A DNA stretch of 63,311 nt, filler included, from Hyphochytrium catenoides (Eukaryota; Protista; Hyphochytriomycota), in the NCBI GenBank assembly GCA_900088475.1. It is 13 parts of 13 records of this genome, joined end to end, with 100 filler letters (N's around TTAATTAATTAA, not from the genome) between each part and the next. Parts side by side here need not be neighbours in the genome. Positions count along the whole stretch, not along the records: positions 1 to 15,239 come from FLMG01004276.1; 12 more parts are not named here. The stretch is one strand, 5' to 3'. Positions 1-13,874 of this stretch are shown piece by piece (position 1 is the stretch's first letter; each line of letters begins with the position of its first letter). The notes under the pieces are model-generated. The model made no database searches. It worked only from the letters and a program-made list of their open reading frames with translations, and was not told the origin of the DNA. A program made the translations under genes and the position numbers.

Positions 1-2939
1 CCGCAGAACCAGATATCTCCACTTAGATATCCTATCATTCCCATGCACAATACCACCTTGATCCACAGTGTTGGGGAGTTGGAAGAGGAGAATTTCCGAC
101 ATAGTTCTACTCCTCCTCCTGCTACTTTTGGTACCACCACGATGACGAGAAAGTGCTCCTCCCTCTCAAGATCTTAGCCATCTTCTCAAGTACTTCTTCG
201 CAGCCGCACCCTCAAAACTTCAAGCTTCTTATTTTGAGAGTCCTTTGTGTCGTTTTTAGAAGAACTCTGCTCCAGAAGCTATCGAGCTTCGGGGCATTGT
301 GAAGAGAGCTAGAACTAGTTACTTAAATAAAACCTGGCTAACCTTAGCAGAATATAGCCTTATTCTTCAAAATATAGCCTTCTTCTTCAACGAAGACAAG
401 ACAGAAGGGGATGCTGCTCCAAGAACGAGTAATGTTCTCTTTGATAAGCAGGATCAGCCTTGCTTGTCCGGTCAGCTCTGCAGCAGAGGCACACTTTACC
501 TGGCCTTGAAGGATAGTACAAACAAGGAAGAACGCCTGCCAACAGGCTGCCGCCGTCCAGATAAAGGGGGGACTAAGTTTACAGTCCATCCTTCCTTTGT
601 GCAAGAGACTCACACAATGCAAAGAAGATATCCAGCACTGCGAGGTGTTCAGGCAGGAGAAGGAAAAACAAGAAAGCTCTGCTGCTTCTATTATTGATAG
701 CAGTTTGGTATACTTCCAGCATAGTGCGTAGTGATCCTGTAGTACAATAGTTCTATAGATCGGTAACAAGGGGCAACATGGCAGAAGATTGATGATGCCC
801 ACCACCACGGCAGAATGCAGAGGGGTAGGATATATGACTGTGGCTGTAACATCATAAGGATGTAGTCTGGTCTCTGGCAGACACGACACCTCTTTCTACT
901 TTCTCAATTCGGATTGACAATGGAAAGAAGCTGCCACCCAGAAGAACTGAGTATATGATGAGAAGGATGGCAATCAAGCCGTAGGTGTCGGTAGGACGGT
1001 AGAAGGTAGTAAGTGAACCCACAGCATGTAGTTCCTAGTAGTAATCACCACGTCGAAGAGGTACGTAGTCAAGAGCCAGATCTGGGAAGCACTAATAAGA
1101 GTTATCTGAAAGAGGTATCACCTGATTCCTGAGGCTGTGGACAGCACAATAATGCACGTACAAGTGCGGTGACGTCTGGCAGCAGAAAAAGAAGAAGCAA
1201 GCTACTGGCTGGAACTGTAATAAGGAGATGAAGAAATGGCCGCCCATCATGATCAGCAGTACACAGAAAGAGCTAGAACAGCAGCAGCACGCCAAACGTG
1301 CTCATCAAGAAATGCTGCCATCTTCTACTTCCTCCTTCTGCCTTCTTCCCTTCGCTCTCACCTTCTCTTCGCCTGATGATGACTGAAGCCTGAGCTGAAC
1401 TCTGAGTGACAGGAGCCAGCACAACAGAGATCACAAGCGCAGGTGAAGAGAGCGGGACAGCGGACTAGAGGTGTGTGTAGCTGAGCGTTTTGGCTGTGTC
1501 CAGGCAATGTTCTCTGGTCCGTACCTCTCACTCCTCTGTTCTCTTCCTGCCTCTGTCTCTACTCCGAATATAATAACCCCACAATTCTAGTGTGAACTCA
1601 TTGTTCACCCAGGTACTTTCGCAGAGCTTTATATAGAATCGGGACCATTGACGAACCGTCTTCTCTCATATGGACGTTCTGAGGGAAGAGTGCCAATCTC
1701 TCGGGAACCTTTCCCATTTTTGTCGCTATAATCGCCAGCAGCCCCGAAAACCTGGGTGTAGAAGCAGCTCACTTTACGGATAAGGTGTCCCAGTTCTAAA
1801 CTCCGTCTGCTGTAAACAGTAATGTCATAAAATAGGAATGGTCCCAAAAGCCCTAAGAATAATAAGGCCTAAAAAGTAACTCGGAGTATAAGCTCCTAAA
1901 ATAACCTTACTTCCCAGTTCTTTCTATAGAGAGAAACCTCAGGAAGTTCTAATTAGCGCATCCTTAGTAGAACTACTAAATTGGGATACGGAAATGCAGA
2001 GGGCTTACCCTAAAACAATTAGAACCAAGATTAGAGCCGGTAGTTCTACTCTAGGGCAGTGATCAATGATCAAGGTCACTTCTTTCGAGTCAGAAAAGAC
2101 CAGGAAGTCGTTCTTCCGTATCTTAATTAGGGCTAGAAATCTTATTATCGGTTCAAGGGCCACCCTTAATACTAAAAAGACCCTATGAACGGGAGGAGAG
2201 CTGGGAAACCACAAACGACCAGACCTGACCCGCAAAACGGTCTAGACCGTCTTTATTTTATTAGGCAAATTCGTACCTCATCCTCCACCTAAGGTTTTCA
2301 GTAGATGATGCGACACAGATGTCACTCACCAAAAGTCCCACCTTTTGTCTCTGAAAGATCGTTCCAAACTAGGAGTCCATCATCTTCCCTCAGACACAAT
2401 GTGAAGGCACCTAAGATGTCCACTGCCGAGCTCAAGAAAGCCGGAGCTCCTGCAGGTCGGAATGGATGTTCCTGAAGGTGGCAAGAGGTTCTGTCTTCTT
2501 CCCCTACCACACTTCCCATGTTTTCACCTTTCATCCGCCTGAGAGTTTCTACTCTGCTTATCCTTGTGGCTGATGAAGACTGAATAATGAGGCTGCTACT
2601 TACAGAAGTGTCAGCCTGATGTGCCGTGTCGTTTCCCTCGCTTCCCTCTGTCAACCCAACATAGGTTGCTCCTCCAGAGTCGTTTTGCTGAGTTCAGACC
2701 CATTGCTGATTATTCACTCCTGGCGTCACAGAACACTGAGAGAGAAGGGGACGCTCTCCTTCCTAGGTTTACTCAGGCCACGCAGCGAGTAGAGCAGCTT
2801 AGTCCTTATTGTTGAAAACACGTGCCATAGCAGCGTCGTCCTTATGACCTTTGAAGCGTCATAACTACTTTTTCCATCACCACCTTATCCCTAGTTAACG
2901 CTCGTGTTCTACTTCTCCTCCTACAACTCACAAGGAGTG

Positions 2940-3542
2940 ATGGATCCGCGCTTAGCTGCCAGGAGAACACCTTCCTCAAATCTACCTTCTTCTGCGGTAA
3001 ACTATGGGATGTACGGGGCCAGCAATGCCTACAGCAACAATGGCAGCCCTACAATGGGAGGTCGCAGTCTGAGCACAGGGAGCAGTGGCAGCAACTGGTA
3101 CTCGGCATACAAGAAGCTCTCTACTACTTCAGGCGAGGAGAATCCTTACAAGGCTCACAGCGAGAAGAGAAACAATGGAGGCTGGGTGCAAAAGAAAGCA
3201 AGAACTCCTGGTCTCTGGAAACGAAGATATCTTAAGCTTAGCAACGACAGAGTGCAATGGCTCGAGGAGGAAGGTGGCAAGGTATTAGGCCAGATCTTGC
3301 TAAAAGACTGTAATCCGGACACCTGCATCGAGATCCTGAAGGCGAAAAGCTCGTCTTCCAGTGGTTATCGGTTCAATTTCACGTCCAAGCACCGCACCAT
3401 CAACTTTTCCGTCGAGACAAAGGAAGAGTGCATAAAGTGGGCTAACAATATCATGACTGCTGTACGCCTGGTAGCGAACCCAGAATCCTGCCGCTCCCTT
3501 TCTGGGCTGACAGTGCAGAAGCCACTGGTGGCAAGGGCCTAA
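2940..3542 (+). CDS. Single PH-domain protein, intronless (~200 aa)
   Basis: ATG at 2940 inside ORF 2904..3542. Low-complexity S/N/G N-terminus, then a PH fold: GWVQKK...LWKRRYLKL...QW...GQILL...FNFTSKHRTINFSVETKEECIKWANNI. Confidence 0.85.
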   Translation: MDPRLAARRTPSSNLPSSAVNYGMYGASNAYSNNGSPTMGGRSLSTGSSGSNWYSAYKKLSTTSGEENPYKAHSEKRNNGGWVQKKARTPGLWKRRYLKLSNDRVQWLEEEGGKVLGQILLKDCNPDTCIEILKAKSSSSSGYRFNFTSKHRTINFSVETKEECIKWANNIMTAVRLVANPESCRSLSGLTVQKPLVARA

Positions 3543-5745
3543 GAGCTGCTTTCCTGCAGTCACGGAGTCATCCCCCCGTCTCTGACACATAATAAGGAGT
3601 CTGTTGACTAGAGCAGCCAGCACACTTGGAGCTCTGGCGTGAGCTAATTCGCTGTGATGAGGTGGAGCTGTAAGTTCCATTTCAGGCGCTGTCTGTTTGT
3701 ATGTTACGTTGGTTTGCATCATCAAAACACCTCAAGATGGTGCCTTTCCGTTTGTTTGCATGTTTCTTCCTGTCGCCTTCTCCCGTTGGTTTGTCTGAGT
3801 CATTATTAGTACTATGTTGCAAATAATGAAACGTCTTGTCCGTATCACCTCCATAAAAGCACTATCTTAGCTAAACTTTGGTCATTTGTGGGTCCTCTTC
3901 TTAGTGAAGAAGTTGAGATCGGTGTAGGCTCTATTTGTGACATCTAGTGTTAGAACCTTATCTTTTTCAGTCTGGCATTGGGGCATCATCATGTTTTCTG
4001 CTCTAGAAGAAATACTTCTACTTCTTGCATACTTATCATAAACTCTCATTGACCTGGTGTGGAAGTCGAAGGTCGTGAGGCAGTCTCCAGATGTGGTACT
4101 CTTTATTAGGAGGAGACGAGCAAGTCACAGGGGATGTGGAGGAGTAACAAGGGCAATTTCTTGCTAGATTAAACAGTCCTTCTCAAGATACACCTGATTC
4201 CTACTGCTTTTCTTAGAGGTTAGAAGTAAATGGAAGTTATTAGCTGTTCTATGTGCACTTGTCCCCAAGCCTCGTTGGGTGGGGAGCCAGTAACAGGAAG
4301 AAACTGTTTGGATACAAGTATGACCGACCGAAGAAGCTCACGAGTGTGATTGCTCTTCTTTGTCAAGGCGCTCTCAAGCATCCAATGATCTGCCTTATCG
4401 CAGGTTGCATGCATTGAACTATCGACTAGTGCTGCTGGTCATACCTGATGAGGTAGCAATAATAACAGCCGCGGCAATTAGTTGGCACAGCAAAAGCAAG
4501 AAGATGAGATGGCTGCTTGTTCCTTCTTTTTAACACCTTTATTGACGATGCTCAGGCGCAACCTGAGTGATGTTGGGGATCTGATGCTTCAACATTTGGC
4601 TGGAAGACAGGTTTGCTAGGCACATCCCTATCCCAGGTGGGTGCGCGAGTCGGAAGTGGTCGTTGTAGCCAAAGGAGATCCGTCCGAGCCAGAAGAGATC
4701 TCATCTGATCTCTAAAAATCCAGTTGGCCATACGCCGAGACAGAGTCTTCACATTATTGAGAAACATTGTACAGTACTGTAGTAGAGGCAGTGAGATCAA
4801 CAGCAAGAAAGATAGAAGAATGGCACGAGACAGAGTTGAGAAAGTCGAGAAAGAGGAGGAAAGTGCCCAAGAAACTTCCTAGTTGTTCCAGAACAAGAGA
4901 GAGAGAAGAAGAGAAACAAATAGGCAAATGTACTCATCAAGCGTGGGATGGTTGGAAAGACAGAGCATGTCAGAGATGCCATCAAATGCTATCCGCGGAC
5001 AGTTGATCATGAACCTACATCGAGACAGAGAGAAGAAGAGATAAAGAGACCAGCCCACAGAGGAGGTAGGAGCTGTAGGTCCTCCTGGTAGGAGGTGCTT
5101 TGGGCTTGTCACAGACAAAAATCGGAACTTCGTGAAAAGAAAGAAGTTGAGGGAAGACAGAGACCGAAAGATTGAGGAGACAGAATGGAGCGCAAGATAG
5201 CTAAACACATTATTAGATTTAACAAAAATGGAAGACAGAGTGCTGGAGAATGGGAGCAAGGAAGTGGGTTGAGGGTACGAAAAAGAGCCCGCAAGACCCT
5301 CTTTCAACATTAGCAAGCGACCAATTCCTGAACCCGGCGAACCTATAGGTATTGGTGCGGCTACTAGTATAGACTTTGGCGAAGTATCGGTTAACGAATG
5401 GGACAAAATTAACAGGAGGCGACCAAGGATGCTAGTGCCCAAGCAAGGGATGGACAAAATAGTAGGGTCTGGCGGTATACCTGAAGGACAGAGTATCCTA
5501 GTTAACAAGGTATTCTAGCGGAGTATTATCTGGTATAAATATGGCTTTCAACAGTTATACAGATAGCATAAGACGACAGATCGGCTCATTATTGAGTTAT
5601 TTGCCGCTAGTGCGTTTTGTCGAACTTACTGAGAAAGGTGGAATATTTATAGGCACTATTGCTACTTCAGGGTGGGTGGGAAGAGCGGAGCACTCTGGAT
5701 CGGTACTTGCATAGGAAACGTGATGTGTTTCGCTTGAGTTCAGGA

Positions 5746-5788
<43 letters not shown>

Positions 5789-6090
5789 CAGAGAGAGAGG
5801 GAGAGAGGAAGAGAGAGAAGAGAGAGAAGAGAGAGAGAGATTAGAGAAGAGAGAGAAAGAGAGAGAGAGAAAAGGAGAGAGTGAAGAAATAGGGATTGTA
5901 TACATGTGAGAGGTGGGAAGTGAAAGGGAGACATAAAGGTACAGGAATAAGAGAAAGAGTAGTGGAGAAGGGTGTGCTCGAATAAGAAGTGGGAAGGCGA
6001 TAGACTTAGAAAGTATAAAGACGAGACCCAAAGAGAGAGAGAGAGAGAAAACAAGAGAGAGAGACAAAGAGAGAAAGAGGAGGGGAGAGG

Positions 6091-6125
<35 letters not shown>

Positions 6126-6722
6126 TGAGAGAGAGAGAGCGGGGGAGAGAGAGAGAGAGCGAGAGAGAGAGAGAGAGAGAAAGAAAGAAAGAGACTTGGT
6201 GAGAGAGAGGAAGTGGGGCGGCTCAGGTCGACTCATCATCAGGAGGAAGAGGAGGAAAATGGGGGCTGCCATAGGGAAGCAGTAACCGTAGAGACAGTCC
6301 AGCAGACAATGAGTCAATGAAAGAGAACAAGGAGAGAGACAGAGTGATCCAAAGCCTAGCCATCCAGGGAAAAGAGAAAGAGAGAGAGAGGGAAAGTGAG
6401 AGGAAAAAAAAGGGGAAAGAGCGTTGTAAGGCTTATCAGCGGCGGTTGTGGGGGCCTGTTCACTATTGAAGGCGCTACGGCATGCGTCCATCTCCTGGCT
6501 GAACTACTTCCTTCCTCGCTTCTGATCCCAGTCTCTCACTCTCTTCTGCGCTGGGCACCTGGCCGCCGCCGCAAACAGGCTATCGCATCCTGTGCTCTTT
6601 TCTCTCTCCTTACTACCCGGCAGCCTATATGCAGTGAACGGTGCGAGCGAGCAGGAAAAGGAGAGAGAGTAAGGGGAATATAACAGGACCAACGAGAGAG
6701 AACAGACCAGGAATAAGCAGAC

Positions 6723-9700
6723 ATGTATATGTCCCGGAGGCTTGAAGCTAAGCGGAAGCTGGCACTTCAGCAGAAGCAGGAGCAAGAGCATCAGGGAGGA
6801 GACCGAAGTGGGCGCCAAAGAAGCTCAATCGACTCCCTGGCAAAGGAAAAACAGAGAGAAAGAGAGCACCAGCAGAAAAGCGCTTCTCCTCCTACTCCTG
6901 CGGGAGCTTCAGCTCAGGCGCTGGACCGCTTTATGCAAGCAGAGAATCCAAAGACAAGGGGAAGAATCTCTTCAATGTCTTCGACACAGAGCGGCCCGCA
7001 GAATGGCGAGCACATAATGAAGGAGGTAATGTAGCAATGGAAGGGGAGAGACATAGAGAGGGAGAGAAAAGCAAGGGACCTAGCTTGATGAGAAGGCAAA
7101 GAGAGACAAGGTGGAGGGAGAGAGAGAGCCGGTGGTGGGAAGGCTGCGAGATTCACAGGGAGAGAGTGAGGGAGTACTTGGTATGAGAAAGGTGCTTAAC
7201 CATGAGTAGAAGCCGGAGAATTGGAACGAGAGTGAGGGGAGTGTGGGGAAGCGAAAGGCAAAGAAACCAAAAAGAGGGAGAGAGACTGCCACATTTACAA
7301 GGGATAGAAGTGTGAGAGTCAAGAGCGGGCGGCCCACGCTCAATCTACCTCTGCCTTTTGTTCTTTCTAGGGCAATCTCATGAAGCGCCGGGATCTCCTC
7401 AACACATGGCCAATGCGATTCTGCAGTCTTCAAGACTGCACTCTATACTATTATAAGAGCGAGAAGGACCGGTCTTCGAAGGGAACTATCAACATCGCTG
7501 GCGCCACCGTGCACACGGTCTTTGAAGAGGCGAACCCTAAGTTCTGGCCCTTTACTGTCCGCCACCCTGTCAGTACTAGGGAATATCACTTTGCGGCATC
7601 CTCCAGAGAGATTGCGGAAGACTGGGTTAGGACAATCGACCAGGTATCGCTCTCCCTCTGGCTTTTCTCTCTTTTTCTCTCTGTCTTGTGCACTCTCATC
7701 TCCAGACTGTCTTCGACGCTCAGTCCATCTATGTTGACCTGCGTATCCTTTGTTTTATGTCCTTGGGTCTCTGGTCTAACGAGCTCGTAGTGATCTCTGT
7801 ATGTATTTCTCTGGCTCCCTGTTTCCCCCATCGTTCCATACCTACCTTGATTTTGTGAGGCTGTCACTCTTCTTTCCGCTTTTTGATTCAGAACCTATCT
7901 AACGAGTCCCCTATTGACAGGCATCTCGCATCAGCAAGCCAAACCTGAGGACCAGTCGCAACCCTCGTCTCTCCGCTGACAGCGCGAGTTCAGCGCACTC
8001 GACCCTCTCGGACGAGAGACCTCAAGGAGGTGACAATAAGGCAAATGGAAGAGGCTCTCCGGTGCCGGTGGCGATGGCGTTTGCCATGGTACGCGACACT
8101 ATGAGATGGCAAGGGGAAGCTGATAATGCAGAGAGAGAGAGAGAGACAGCCATGAAGAGAGAAGTTGTCTCCAGCAAGAACTAAAAGTTGACGGAGCCGT
8201 TGAGAGTACGCAAAGACTCCTTTGTTGCTCACATCCTTCCTTCCGCAGTCTCAGAACCCCAGAACTCCTAAGGCCAAAGACTTCCTGCTTAGTAATCTTT
8301 CTCCGGAGCTGCAGAAAGAGCTTGCCACAGCAGAGAAGGAATTTGACTCTCTCTGCGCGGACTTGAAGCAGTGGTCGCTGGTGGGAGAGGAAGGCTCCAT
8401 CGTGGCCTATCATCAGACATCAGGAGGTAAGACGATGTCTAATTCTCTATCCTTGCCCTGGGATTGCTTCTTCCATGGCTGCTTCATGACCTACGCTCTC
8501 CGGATGTTGCACACCTGCTATGTATTTGCGATCTGCGTCTTTACGCCTGCTTGGTGCTCTCCCTCTCTTTATCTTTCCGCTGGGGTTTATTTACCTATGA
8601 CCTCGCTACTTACTCGACGGGTTCCTCCAACTCTCTAAGTGCGCATCTATGCTTGGCTAAAAAACTCTATTCTGTCTCTATGATTGTGTAGGTGTCCTCG
8701 TCATGGGCAAGGGCCAGATTTACTATTCTCCCCGCTGTCTATGGCAAGCCATCTTGGATCCTTATTACCGGTTGAAGTATGACGATGTGACGGCTAGCAC
8801 AAAGGTGGTCGAGCACATTGATAACCAGACATTCTTGCTATACACAGTATACAAGCCTTTTGATTCAGGTAAAGAGGCAATCCTAGCGGTTGGATATCTC
8901 TTCTGATAGGATGCTGAACGCCGCCTTCCTTCGCTCTCCTGTTCCTTCGCTCTCTCTCTCTCTCTCTCTTTTTGTCTTAAATTTTCTCTAGCACCGCCGC
9001 GAGACTTCTTCTCCATGGTCCACTGGCGAGTTCAGCAAGATGGTACCATTCTTATCTTGGAGATCAACGCTCCTCCCACTCCTGAGTACGCCCAGGTTCC
9101 TTCTGGGTATGTCAGGGGCAGAAAAGTGCTGGAGGCTTGGCGGTTGAAGCCTATGGATGGCTACACGACGTGTGACATGACATACGTCTCTAAGATTGAC
9201 TTCGGTCCCAACTTTACTGACCGCCACATCGCGATGGCCACAGAATCGAGACCTTTCCTAGCCAATAGTAAGCACAAACTTGTTCCCCTCTTTTTCCTGC
9301 ATCTGACCGTAGGTGTCACGTCTCTCCTGGACTTCTCCTTCATAGTGTTTCTTGTTTTTTAGCGTCTGTGGACCCTTGACCTATCTGTTCAGTTGCTCTT
9401 CTCCCTTCCTCTCCCTATATATCTATCCTCGGGGCTTGAAGTCTCTCCTATTTTCGCGCTCGCGAGCATATTTGCAGCTCCTAAGCAAGCATTAATTCTG
9501 TTTGGCCCTGTCCTGTCCTGTATATTTAGGGATATCGGAACTGCTGGACCAGGCTCCCTCGCTGGATGACAGTCTATTCACACCTCTTACTAACCAAGAC
9601 CAGCTACCTTTGACGAAGCCAAATCAGAATGCACCTATTGCCTCCTCAAAAGCTCCAGAACAGGAGAAAGAGAAGGCTGCCAACAATGAGGAGAGCCACG

Positions 9701-10918
9701 ATGCCAACCATGTTACAGAGGAGAAGGCACTTCAGGGCGTTCAAGACACTGAAGCCGCTTCGGAAACTGGCACTTACGACTCTTCAGCGGGCGCTGACCT
9801 CTCAGTCAAGGACTATGCTGGGGTTCTGGCTAGAGCAGATGCTCACTTTAGCACTGTCTTCAATGGATCCACACGATGGAAGCTCCTGCAACTTCCTACC
9901 GGCTTGGATTGCCGCATTAGGTTCACCGAAGGTGAGAGAGAATGCAACCGTTGCTTACTCTGTTCTGGTCTGCCTCTACCTTTCCTCCTAACTTCAAAAC
10001 GATAAAGCGATATGTGGGCGGTTGAGGTTTGGGGGGATGATTCTTCTACGTGTTTTCGCATGTCCCTCTTCTCTGCCTTATCGTAAGTCAAGATTTGACA
10101 AAGCGGCACGTTGTCTTCCAAATGGGCTTCTCTACCTCTACTCTACTCTCTTTGTCGCTGTGTCCCATAGTGAATAATCGTCTCTTTCTCGCGAATCACC
10201 GACTTTAACCATCTTCGCAACCCAATAGATCTTGTAAGTGTGGCTACCACGACAACTGTGAACTTCAAGAGCAAGCACGTCCTAAAGGCCGTAGTTTCAC
10301 GACGAACAGAGGTGGATCGGGATCTGATCGAACACGAAGTAGTACGACGTCTCAATAGCTCCACGACGATAGAGTATTTCCGCTATGAGCCCATAGAAGG
10401 CGCTCTTCCTCGCGAGTTCACGTCTATCGTCCAGTGGAGAGTCGGAGCCAACGATGAAATCTATGTGATTGAGACAGATGTCTCCTGGATACCTGAGAAG
10501 CCTCAGCTCTTTGACTGTGTGAGAGGGAGGCGGTTAGTCCAGGGTAAGATCACATTTGTCCGTCGCATCTACACACTCCTTCAACCGCGCACGCTCTTCG
10601 AATCTAGCTCTTGTTTGCTCTCTCCNNNNNNNNNNNNNTCGGAGGAGGCAGCTCTACGACTGGCCGAGAATGTGCAAGGTAAGAAGCTTCGAGGTGCCTT
10701 GAGAGGTTGAAGGGGCATAATGAAGGGATGGAGTAAAGCGTAATCCCAGCCTAATCAAGAAATAGAGTGGGGAAGAGAGAAGAGAGAGTATACCGCCCAA
10801 CTTATCCTATCTTACGGCCTGCTCTTACCCATCTCTTTGTTGCTGTTTAGCTGTCAACGCGGTGTTGGCTAACGATCCTCCAGAAGAGGAAGATGCCGAC
10901 GGCGTCACTTACGTCTAG
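6723..10918 (+). CDS. PH + tandem START (lipid-transfer) domain protein, multi-exon
   Basis: Phase-consistent GT-AG exons at about 6723-7025, 7371-7643, 7921-8088, 8249-8426, 8692-8868, 8992-9267, 9530-9931 and 10229-10543, then an N gap, 10639-10678 and 10852-10918 (TAG). PH: MKEGNLMKRRDLLNTWPMRFCSLQDCTLYYYK...GTINI...AEDWVRTI. START1: RLKYDD...VVEHID...PPRDFFSMVHW...GYVRG. START2: VDRDLIEHEVVRRL...PREFTSIVQW...CVRG. Confidence 0.85.
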
Positions 10919-11805
10919 TGAGCTTTTTAATAGGTCTAGTTCCTGTTGTCTCCAATCTTCCACTCTTATCACGCGAATGCAGTGGTGGATGTTTGTCGCC
11001 TGGCTATTGCTCTCTTTTATTGGCCGTGCCGATGGGAGACCCAGAGAGTACCATTCTAGTGCTTGTTTCCACTCTCTCTTCTCTGTTCCTCTATTTTGCG
11101 CTTTCAGAACCCCGTTCTGAGCTCATGTTAACCTCTTCTGCTCTGGTTCTGTCCCACCTTACACCGAAGGATGAGGGACAGCGTGGGGAAAGAGAACTCC
11201 CTTTCTGTCCTTGTAAACCTCGCTCATCATCTACTTGAGAAACCATAAGAGGGTCCTATCTTAGGCAGACCTTATCTATCAATTTGTAAACAAGAAGCTT
11301 TTTGCTTGTCTAAGGCACTCTTTCTCTTCGTTTTCTCTATCAACGGGTGTTTGGAAGAAAAAAAAGCATCAGTGCTTCCGCTTGAGATAAACTCTTTTTT
11401 GACCTTAAGGTGATCGTCCTTTCACTTCCTCTCTTGGGGAAAAGTCGCCTTACTTGTGCTGCTTCCCATGTTTCCTCTCCCTCCCCCTCGTTTTCTCTAT
11501 CTTCCTCTCTCTCTCTTTACGTATAACTTTGTCTTGTGAGTCATGGTTTTATTCATACTTCGGTAAGAAGACAAAGCTGCTGTTGCGTGACCCTATGAAG
11601 ATAGACGCCCATCTTCTTCAAGCCAAGAATCGAATCACGCTTTCTCACTTTCCTAAAAGCTCTTATATAGACTAGACGTAGAGTGTTTTTGGCACGCATG
11701 TCTCAAGGACAGTTCTCACTTTTTTATCTGTTCGCCTCATTATCTTTCTCAATATTATGTAAAGAGCACTACTTAGCCATCTATCATGTTGACACAGATT
11801 GCCTT

Positions 11806-12499
11806 TTAGATAAAGTTCTCGTTATCCTCAGCCTTATCATCATCCCACCCATGGGAGGGAGGAGGAGCCGATGCGTTCTGAGCTGCCAGCTGGGCGCTCG
11901 TCACTGGTCCAGAGTTCTGCTTGTTAAGTTTCTCCTCGTTTCTCTCAATTCTATAGAGGCGAATGGAGTAGATGAGGGAGCCGATCCAGCAGAAGCTCAT
12001 GAAGAAGCACCAAGCGATGGCTACTCTTAGAGTAGAGCATTTCCCTGTAGATGAGGCGACGAATGAGCTTCTTCAAAAGAGAACTTAAAGGGTTTAGAAG
12101 ATGCTACGGAGAAGTAAAGAGAGAGTCTGAAGACATGGGTGAGCACGGAGGAATGGTTGGGGGAGAAAGAGATTGAAAGGAGGCGACCGAGGGAGTAAGA
12201 GAGATTGAGATCGAAAGACAGAAAGAAGTGTGCATCAAACAATGAGAAGAGGAGCTTACCGCCAAGGATCTCCTGGAAGTACTCCTTGTAGGTGTTAATG
12301 GCACAGGTCTCACTGTTAAGATCACTTGATGCTGCAGCGACTGCCGCGCAGAAGGTGAAGAGGAGCATCAAAGCGTCGTAGGCGATCCCTAACATGGGGT
12401 GAGGATATTTCCTGTACCGATCCCATGGAAGAGATAGCGTTAGCGATGACAAGAGTGGGTGCATCTATATGGAGAGAGAGCAGAAACGGCACACAAGAC

Positions 12500-12546
<47 letters not shown>

Positions 12547-12946
12547 GAAGGGAGAGTCAAAGAAGAATAGAGATAGGGGAACCCCGGGGTCAAGGTCGAA
12601 AGGGTGATAATCTTGACAAGAAGAGTAATGGGGTTGGAAGAGGAGAAGCCAGAAGAAGAGAGAAGCTGGGCGGAACTGGAGGGCTGGATGCTGGTCCGTC
12701 TACCAACCCTTACCTTCTAAGAATGTGGAAGTAGATGATCCAGATGCCTACGGTGAGCCAGCCAAAGACGCCAGTAAAGACCATAAACTGGAAGCTTGTT
12801 CTAGAGCCAGAGCCGGAGCCGATGAGAGGCTCCTTACCTACGATCCCAGCCATTCCGCCTGCAGCGGCCGAGAAAGTGATGAGGGCGAAGACCCATTCCA
12901 GCACCCGAAGGATGATGGGAATACTGATTGGGATGGTGATACCCAT
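11806..12946 (-). CDS. MARVEL-domain (CASP-like/synaptophysin-like) four-TM membrane protein
   Basis: Three phase-consistent exons: 12946-12714, 12411-12260, 12044-11806. Translation LRVLEWVFALITFS...FQFMVFTGVFGWL...YDALMLLFTFCAAVA...CSTLRVAIAWCFFMSFCWIGSL fits the MARVEL four-helix pattern. Confidence 0.85.
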
Positions 12947-13565
12947 GGCTCCGCACTGATGAAGCCTACAAAGCTCTAGAATAGGTATTTAAGAGCTTCA
13001 ATCTCCGTGTCTTCGCGCGATGGGACAGTGGAAACAAGAAATCTGAAGGCTCAAAAAAGGACCGGCAGATTGACCGTAAGACCTTGGAGCCGTTGCACTT
13101 CTGAAAGCTAAGAGCTTCCTAAGATAGGGCGGAAAGCTCAAGGATTGCAGAGCTGCTGGTGTTATTTTACACAGACGGAAAGACATAGACCGCGGACAAA
13201 CACTGCTGCGAAAGAGGAAGGAGCAGCGCAGTGGAGGACGGAAGGAGATGAGAAGCGATGAGATCACGACGAGCTAGAAACTATTATTGAGCGACCACGT
13301 GGCCTCAGTAAACTTCTGTCTCCAGAGAGAGACAGAGAGGGAGACTGTCAATTGCTGAGGGACTTATGGCAGGGAAAGCTGGAAGAGGGAGAGAGAGAGA
13401 GAGAGAGAGAGAGATAGATGAAGATACGCGAAGTAGAGGGAGCAGCGCATGGCGAGCTCCCAACAGAGCAAAGAGAGCGCGACAACATGCAGGCAAGACT
13501 TTTTGAGGAGAAACAGGAGAGAGAGAGTGTGTGTGAGAGAGAGAGAGTGAGAGAGAGAAAGAGNN

Positions 13566-13616
<51 letters not shown>

Positions 13617-13817
13617 CGAAAGGCAAAGGAGAGAAGAACGCGCGAGAGGTCGGAGAGACTCCAAAGACAACAAGAGTAAAAAAGGAGAGAGAGGCAGAGA
13701 GAGACCACGCAACAAATAAGAGAATAGAGGGAGCAGGGAAAAGGGAATAGCATGACAGCGAAAGGACTGCCAGAAAGAGAGAAACAAGGTCAACTGGCGG
13801 GATGGGAAGAGAGAAGT

Positions 13818-13874
<57 letters not shown>

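Noticed and set aside
1-2820. Possible decayed retroelement (zinc-knuckle-like CFY...G...C near 680-725, LTR-like texture near 1390-1590)
   Set aside because: The spacing does not fit CX2CX4HX4C, and no paired LTRs, PBS or RT motifs were found. Left unassigned.
3900-5590. 209-aa minus ORF and faint RNase H/LINE-like words
   Set aside because: No diagnostic motif series. Probably decayed repeat DNA, but a family call is unsupported.
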